A DNA stretch of 64,000 bases from Armatimonadota bacterium (GTDB lineage Bacteria > Armatimonadota > UBA5829 > DSUL01). Position 1 is the first letter of the stretch. The number at the start of each line of letters is the position of its first letter. The stretch spans positions 32,001-96,000 of the forward strand of contig JBDHZC010000005.1 in assembly GCA_039811685.1 (NCBI GenBank). The letters run 5' to 3'. A program made the position numbers and the translations under genes. Under the pieces are notes generated by a model, which saw only the letters and a list, made by a program, of their open reading frames with translations, had not been told where the DNA came from and searched no databases. Shown piece after piece: positions 58,183 to 64,000 of this stretch.

Positions 58183-59421
58183 ATGAAACCGACTGTTGGC
58201 ATAGTAACAACCTGGTTTGAGCGCGGAGCTGCCTACGTCAGCCGCGCCTACAGGGAGCTGCTCGTCCCGGACTTTGACGTGCAGATTTATGCGCGAGGCG
58301 GGGAGAGCTTCGCCCGCGGCAACCCGGACTGGGACGACGCCTCAGTGTGGTGGAGCGAGCACCGCGCCGGCACATTCATTGACCGTGCAGACTTTGAGCG
58401 CTGGATTGACGAGCGCGGCGTCGGGCTGATTCTGTTCAACGAGCAGAACTGGCTGCCTCCTGTAATCTGGGCGCATGAGAAGGGCTGCCGGACAGTGGCT
58501 TACGTGGACTTCTACACTCCTGAGCTTGTGCCGCTCTTCCGCGCGTACGATGAGGTCTGGTGCAACACGCGCCGTCACCACTCCGTTTTTGAGAACCATC
58601 CGCGGGCGCGCTACATTCCGTGGGGGACTGACCTGGACCTCTTCAAACCCGCCGGACACGAGCCGTCTGAAGAGCTGATCTTCTTTCACTCAGCGGGGAT
58701 GGGAGGAGCGGACCTGGCGCGGGGAATTCTACCCCGCAAAGGCACCGATCTTGCGACTCAGGCCTTTCGGCGCGTGCAGGGACCGGCGCGGCTCATCGTT
58801 CATTCCCAGCTTCCCCTGGCGGCTTTTGGCAGCGTGACAGAAGAGGCTGTGCAGGCGGATGAACGCATTCAGTTCATCGAAAAAACTGTTCCCGCTCCGG
58901 GTCTGTACCATCTGGGTGACGTCTATCTTTACCCGACACGGCTGGAAGGCATCGGGCTGAGCATTATTGAAGCGCTGGCGTGCGGTCTCCCGGTCATCGC
59001 CACCGGTACCGGGCCCTGCAATGAGTTTGTCGTCGAGGGCAAGAGCGGCTGGCTGGTTCCGGTCGCGCGCCGTCAGATGCGCCGGGATGGCTATTACTGG
59101 CCACTGGCCGAGTGCGATCTGGACGCGCTGGTCCGCATCATACAGACCTGCATAAATGAGCGCAAATGTCGCCCCCAGTGGAGAGCGAACGCTCGCGATT
59201 TTGCCACTGAGCGTTTGGACTGGATCGCCAACCGGGCGGCGGTTCAGGGCTACGTGCGGGAGCTACTGGCTTCGGACCCTCTTCCTGTGCCGGCGGCCAT
59301 CCGGCGGGAGATTCTGGCGCAGGGCGCCTCAGGAAGCCTGGCCACCAGGCTGCTGCGCCGGATGAAGCGGCAGGCGGTGCGTCTGAGACATGATCTGGCC
59401 ATGAGGCATGTCCATGCGTAA
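58183..59421 (+). CDS. GT4 glycosyltransferase
   Basis: RKGTD, EGIGLSIIEALACGLPVIAT. Confidence 0.9.
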   Translation: MKPTVGIVTTWFERGAAYVSRAYRELLVPDFDVQIYARGGESFARGNPDWDDASVWWSEHRAGTFIDRADFERWIDERGVGLILFNEQNWLPPVIWAHEKGCRTVAYVDFYTPELVPLFRAYDEVWCNTRRHHSVFENHPRARYIPWGTDLDLFKPAGHEPSEELIFFHSAGMGGADLARGILPRKGTDLATQAFRRVQGPARLIVHSQLPLAAFGSVTEEAVQADERIQFIEKTVPAPGLYHLGDVYLYPTRLEGIGLSIIEALACGLPVIATGTGPCNEFVVEGKSGWLVPVARRQMRRDGYYWPLAECDLDALVRIIQTCINERKCRPQWRANARDFATERLDWIANRAAVQGYVRELLASDPLPVPAAIRREILAQGASGSLATRLLRRMKRQAVRLRHDLAMRHVHA

Positions 59422-60355
59422 GACGCCGCTCGCCCTGTTCACCTACAACCGTCCTCAGTACACTCGCAGCGCGATGGAGGCGCTCGCTCGCTGCCGCAGA
59501 CTGGAGGAATGTGAGGTTTTTGTCTTTTGTGACGGCCCGAAGACCCTGGAGCACGCGAGCGCCGTCGAAGAAAGCCGCAGGGCTGCTCACGAACTTGCGC
59601 CTGCTGTAAACGCAACTGTTGTTGAGCGTCCGGAAAACTTCGGACTGGCTCGCAGTATTGTCGAGACAGTGACAGCTCTTTGCGCGGACTACGGGAGGGT
59701 CATTGTTCTGGAGGACGATCTCACGGCTCATCCGCGCTTTGTTGACTACATGCTGCAGGCGCTGGAGCGCTATGAGAATGACCACCGCGTGTATCAGGTA
59801 TCCGGCTTCATGTTCCCGGTATCGCACCCGCCTGGGCCGGATGCGTTTCTGATGCCTCTGTCCACGACGGTCGGCTGGGCGACGTGGGAGCGGGCATGGA
59901 AGGCGTTCGACCCGCAGCCGACGGACTGGGAGGCAGACCTGCGGGACGCGGAGTTCCGGGGCCGGCTGGACCTGGACGGGGCATGCGACTTCTCAGACAT
60001 GCTTCGCCAGCGCATGAACGGAGGCAATCAGTCGTGGGGGGTGCTTTGGTACTATGCGCTGGTCAAAGCCCGCGCTCTGGTGGCGCAACCGAGGCGTTCG
60101 CTGATCTATGTTGGAGGATTTGACAACAGCGGCGTTCACTGCGGGGCGCCCTCACCCATCTACAAACACGACCGCGATACGCTGCTGAGCCAGGAGTTTC
60201 CCGAGCGCTTCGTATTTTCAGACGCAGAGGATGAGCATGCCTTTCTGCGCGTGAAAGCCTTTCTGGCCGCTCAGAAGCCGGGGCCGATCCGGCGTCTCGG
60301 GTCATCCCTGCGCCAACGCGCCAGAAGCGCCTTTGGAGCCTTGCGAGCCGGATGA
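59408..60355 (+). CDS. GT-A fold glycosyltransferase
   Basis: PLALFTYNRP, FCDGPK, NFGLARSI, IVLEDD, GWATW. Confidence 0.88.
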   Translation: MSMRKTPLALFTYNRPQYTRSAMEALARCRRLEECEVFVFCDGPKTLEHASAVEESRRAAHELAPAVNATVVERPENFGLARSIVETVTALCADYGRVIVLEDDLTAHPRFVDYMLQALERYENDHRVYQVSGFMFPVSHPPGPDAFLMPLSTTVGWATWERAWKAFDPQPTDWEADLRDAEFRGRLDLDGACDFSDMLRQRMNGGNQSWGVLWYYALVKARALVAQPRRSLIYVGGFDNSGVHCGAPSPIYKHDRDTLLSQEFPERFVFSDAEDEHAFLRVKAFLAAQKPGPIRRLGSSLRQRARSAFGALRAG

Positions 60356-60951
60356 TTCAGCGTCTCTACAACGGGCTGCGGCGCCGCACCCACCGCCGTT
60401 CGCTCAACGCGCAGCTTCATCCGGAGGCGGTCGTGACGCCCGAGACACAGGTGGAGAACTTCGCCGGAGGCCCTGAGCGCGTGCAGATCGGCGCCCACTC
60501 CTGCGTCCGCGGCAGGCTGATCACTTACGGCCACGGAGGGCGCATTGCGATAGGCGAGTGGTGCTATGTGGGAGTGCGCACAGAGATATGGAGCATGGAC
60601 GCGATCACCATCGGGGACCGGGTGATGATTGCGCACGACGTCAACATTCACGACGGAACCGCCCACTCGATGGACCCGGAAGAGCGTCACCGGCACTACC
60701 GCCACATCGTGGAGCGCGGCCACCCCAGGACATCTGAGGAGATGCCGGGAGTGTTTTCCGCTCCGGTAGTGATCGAGGACGACGTGTGGATATCGTTTGG
60801 CGTGACAATTTTGAAAGGCGTCACGATCGGCAAAGGCAGCGTGATCGCAGCTAAAAGCACAGTTCTGCGGGACGTCCCGCCGGGTGTGCTCTACCGGTGC
60901 GAGGTGACTCCTGTCATCACACCGCTGAAGCTCGGAGTCAGCGATGCTTAG
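60352..60951 (+). CDS. Hexapeptide-repeat O-acetyltransferase
   Basis: IEDDVWI..GVTILKGVTIGKGSVIAA. Confidence 0.9.
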   Translation: MIQRLYNGLRRRTHRRSLNAQLHPEAVVTPETQVENFAGGPERVQIGAHSCVRGRLITYGHGGRIAIGEWCYVGVRTEIWSMDAITIGDRVMIAHDVNIHDGTAHSMDPEERHRHYRHIVERGHPRTSEEMPGVFSAPVVIEDDVWISFGVTILKGVTIGKGSVIAAKSTVLRDVPPGVLYRCEVTPVITPLKLGVSDA

Positions 60952-61540
60952 ACGGTGCCTGAAACGGGCGGCCACAGCGCTCGGAGTTCGCCGGGACGCT
61001 CTGAAGTGGCTTGGCGAGCGGGCGAAGGTGGGCGAAGGCGCGCGCATTGTTCACGCCTGCATCTCCGCTCCTGACCCTGCGGAGTGCGCGCTGACAATAG
61101 GTCAGGGCAGCAACATCGAGTGCAGTATCTGCTTTGAGCGCGCGGGAGCGAAGGTGACAATCGGGGCGCGCACGCATCTGGGCGGCAGGACGCTTCTGGA
61201 CTGCGCAAGCGAAATCTCTATCGGAGACGACGTGCTGGTGGCCTTTGACACGCTGATTGCCGATCACGACAGCCATTCCCTCGTCTTCAGCGAAAGACAG
61301 TACGACGTGCGCGACTGGATGAACGGGCGCAAGGACTGGTCGCATGTCAAAATGGCGCCGGTGAGGATCTGCGACAAAGCCTGGATCGGCGCACGGGCCA
61401 TCATCCTGAAAGGTGTCACAATCGGTGAGGGCGCGGTGATCGGCGCAGGCAGCGTGGTCACAAAGGACGTTCCGGCGTGGTGTGTGGCCGCCGGTAACCC
61501 TGCGCGTGTAATCAGGCAGGTGGAGGAGGCGTCCCCGTGA
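60944..61540 (+). CDS. Hexapeptide-repeat O-acetyltransferase
   Basis: AWIGARAIILKGVTIGEGAVIGAGSVVTKDVP..GNPAR. Confidence 0.9.
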   Translation: MLRRCLKRAATALGVRRDALKWLGERAKVGEGARIVHACISAPDPAECALTIGQGSNIECSICFERAGAKVTIGARTHLGGRTLLDCASEISIGDDVLVAFDTLIADHDSHSLVFSERQYDVRDWMNGRKDWSHVKMAPVRICDKAWIGARAIILKGVTIGEGAVIGAGSVVTKDVPAWCVAAGNPARVIRQVEEASP

Positions 61541-62337
61541 GTGCGCCTCTCACCTGGGAAGAAGCCGTCCGGCGCTACCGTAGCGAACCCGCCAACGACA
61601 AGGGCGTGCGCGACAACTACTTTGACCTGCCCGTGTTGCAGGCAGCCCGGCGCTATGCGGATAGTGAAGAGTTCGCCGAAGTCGAGCGGCTGCTTGGCCC
61701 TCCGGATGGCGGTAGAGTCCTGGATCTTGGCGCGGGCAACGGGATAGCGAGCTTTGCGCTGGCGAAGGCCGGCTGGCAGGTGAGCGCGATTGACCCGGAC
61801 GGCAGCGCGGAAGTCGGAGTAGCGGCCATTCAGGCGCTCGCGGAAGAGACAGGTCTCAATATTGACACTCAGCGCACGCAAGGGGAAACGCTGCCTTTTG
61901 CCGATGCGTCCTTCAACGCCGTCCACGCGCGGCAAGTTCTTCACCATGCAGCCGATCTGGAGCTGATGCTGCGGGAGGTGGCCCGCGTTCTGAAGCCGGG
62001 CGGCTCTCTGCTGGCGACCCGAGAACACGTGGCGGACAACCCGCGCCAGCTTGAGCAGTTCCGGGCGTCTCATCCGCTTCACGGGCTCTATGGGGGCGAG
62101 AACGCTTTCTCTCTCCCGCGCTATCTCAGCGCTATTCAGGCCGCCGGATTGAGGATTGAAAAGGTCTGGGGACCGCTGGACTCCATTCTGAACTTCTACC
62201 CGGGAAGTGAAGAGCAGAGGCAGGCGGCGCTGCGCCGATCCGGGCGGCTGAAGTGGGCGCTTATCGGGTTTGTCATGGAGAAGCGGCGCGCGAGCGCCGC
62301 CGGCAGACTCTACAGTTTTCTGGCGGTACGCCCGTGA
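61537..62337 (+). CDS. Class I SAM methyltransferase
   Basis: VLDLGAGNG, LPFADASF, RVLKPGG. Confidence 0.9.
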   Translation: MSAPLTWEEAVRRYRSEPANDKGVRDNYFDLPVLQAARRYADSEEFAEVERLLGPPDGGRVLDLGAGNGIASFALAKAGWQVSAIDPDGSAEVGVAAIQALAEETGLNIDTQRTQGETLPFADASFNAVHARQVLHHAADLELMLREVARVLKPGGSLLATREHVADNPRQLEQFRASHPLHGLYGGENAFSLPRYLSAIQAAGLRIEKVWGPLDSILNFYPGSEEQRQAALRRSGRLKWALIGFVMEKRRASAAGRLYSFLAVRP

Positions 62338-63254
62338 GGATGATTGTCACAGGCAGCCGCGGATTCCTCGGGGCGGCCTTTGGGCGTGTCGCCGGCGCTT
62401 CAGGATGGGAAGTGCTCGGAATTGCCCGGTCGAACCAGAGCGAGCCTGACTGGCTGGGGGAACACGTGTCAGCCGATGTCGCCTTTGCCGATCTCACCTC
62501 CGTCATAAGAGACTACAAGCCGGACGTCTTTGTTCACTGCGCGGGAACCGCCTCTGTTGGGGCGTCTTTTGAGTCGCCGGTGGACGATCTACGGGCGGCT
62601 GTTATGACATGGGCCAATGCGCTGGAGAGCATCCGGCGCTCTGGAGTGGGATGCGCCGTGATCTTCCCCTCCAGCGCGGCGGTGTACGGCAATCCTCTTG
62701 CTTTGCCAGTCGCTGAAGACGCGCCAGTCGCGCCAATCTCACCTTACGGGTTTCACAAAGCTGCATGTGAGCTGCTGGCAAAGGAGTATACGCACTGCTT
62801 CGGCCTGAGCGTGGTGGTCTGCCGGCTGTTCTCCGTCTTTGGACCTTCGCAGCGGCGGCTTCTGGTCTGGGAACTGTATGAACAGCTTACAAACGCGGGA
62901 CAGGATATCCACCTTCAAGGGACGGGGGAGGAGACACGCGACTACCTCTATGTGGACGACGCAGTGCAGGCGTGCCTGGCGGTCGCTGATGCGGCAAAGC
63001 TGCAGCCCGGCTCGGTGAGTGTAAACATCGCCAGCGGGCAGGAAACCAGAGTCGCTGATCTTGCTGAGGAGATGAGAGAGCTGATTAATCCTGGCAAGCG
63101 GCTTTTCTGCGCTCAGACTCAGCGCCGGGGCGACCCGCAGCGCTGGCGGGCCGACACCGGGCTTCTGCAATCGCTTGCGCCCCGGTGGGCGGCGCGGCCA
63201 CTGAGAGAGGGGCTCGAAGCGTGCGTGCAAGCCTGGGGGAAGCACTGCCCTTGA
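62334..63254 (+). CDS. NAD-dependent epimerase/dehydratase
   Basis: TGSRGFLG, SSAAVYG, YGFHK, RDYLYVDD. Confidence 0.9.
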   Translation: MRMIVTGSRGFLGAAFGRVAGASGWEVLGIARSNQSEPDWLGEHVSADVAFADLTSVIRDYKPDVFVHCAGTASVGASFESPVDDLRAAVMTWANALESIRRSGVGCAVIFPSSAAVYGNPLALPVAEDAPVAPISPYGFHKAACELLAKEYTHCFGLSVVVCRLFSVFGPSQRRLLVWELYEQLTNAGQDIHLQGTGEETRDYLYVDDAVQACLAVADAAKLQPGSVSVNIASGQETRVADLAEEMRELINPGKRLFCAQTQRRGDPQRWRADTGLLQSLAPRWAARPLREGLEACVQAWGKHCP

Positions 63255-64000
63255 AGCTGGGAATCATTCTTGATCCCGCCGACTCAAGCTGGATTGGCGG
63301 CGCTATCTACATGCAGAACGTGCTCAGGAGTCTGTGCTCCTCGCAGGCGGATGTGGAAATCCTGGTCTGGTGCCAGCGTGGACGCATCGATGGGGTTCTT
63401 AGTGAACCAGTGGCGCAAGGCGTTCAGGTCATCGAGACATCTGCCGGCCGCCTGCCTGATGCCGCGGCACGACTGGTCCAGGTGCGCTCCATGCTGAAGC
63501 ATCGGATAGACGTACTTTTCGGAAGCCTGTCACGCCTGCCATGGTCGCCAGTGCCCTGGATTGGCTGGATTCCAGACTTCCAGCACGTGCGCCTTCCTGA
63601 GCATTTTTCCCCGGCTCAGCGCTCGCAACGAGACCGCATCTTTCGCAGAGTGATACAGCGCTCAAGCCGCATGATTTTCAGCAGTCAGGACGCGTTTGGC
63701 GACTTCACGCAGTTCGCTCCTGGCTTCACGGACAAGGGACACGTTGTTCCGTTTGTCTCTTTGTTCCCGGAAGCGTTTTACGAACCAGACCCCGAACAGA
63801 CAGTGTGCAAGTTCAACATTCAGCGCCCCTTCGCACTGACGCCAAATCAGTGGTGGGCACACAAGAATCACGAAACGCTGATCAGAGCAGCGGGAATACT
63901 CAGGCAGCGCGGCGTCGCGTGCCAGTTTGTGTTGACCGGAGCGCTCTCGGATGTGAGGGCTTCAGGTCATATTTCGCACCTGCTGCAATTAATGGCGGAG
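63251..64000 (+). CDS. GT4 glycosyltransferase (runs off window end; missing from ORF track)
   Basis: Manual translation: MKLGIILDPADSSWIGGAIYMQN, WIPDFQH..LPEHF, PNQWWAHKNH. Confidence 0.82.
   Translation, partial: MKLGIILDPADSSWIGGAIYMQNVLRSLCSSQADVEILVWCQRGRIDGVLSEPVAQGVQVIETSAGRLPDAAARLVQVRSMLKHRIDVLFGSLSRLPWSPVPWIGWIPDFQHVRLPEHFSPAQRSQRDRIFRRVIQRSSRMIFSSQDAFGDFTQFAPGFTDKGHVVPFVSLFPEAFYEPDPEQTVCKFNIQRPFALTPNQWWAHKNHETLIRAAGILRQRGVACQFVLTGALSDVRASGHISHLLQLMAE

Noticed and set aside
1..64000. tRNA/rRNA genes, transposases, integrases
   Set aside because: None recognised by eye; tRNAscan/HMM searches could not be run

Overview
GC-rich bacterial chromosomal window, mostly housekeeping. It contains partial uxuA, an ABC exporter, a GDPD, ccmABCDEF, nadB, rsmA, a G5/3D protein, a rhodanese, a pirin, a 1.6-kaa DUF4011-helicase-nuclease (Hhe-like defence gene), rpsT, holA, a MoxR/DUF58/transglutaminase trio, a dapA-family gene, lysA, trpS, aroF, pnp, rpsO, a PEP-CTERM protein, rex plus a CxxCH sensor kinase, and the start of a polysaccharide cluster. 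The standout region is about 38.8-49.8 kb, next to rpsO. It is a co-oriented array of eight secreted-protein genes: 3 HEAT-repeat, 4 of an unrecognised family and 1 beta-rich. The genes are punctuated by seven copies of a 104-bp multi-palindrome element (GTAG...GAGAGATGT). Six of the seven copies are followed by a short segment that reads as the 3' tip of another gene (unclear after copy 6), and each is then followed by a full gene. The tip family tracks the downstream gene family. Duplications, shared 3' ends and a deletion junction indicate recurrent recombination. The region looks like an integron-like or orphan-immunity cassette array with a non-attC site, but no recombinase gene is visible in the window, so the mechanism is inference. 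All calls come from reading motifs by eye; no database searches were run.
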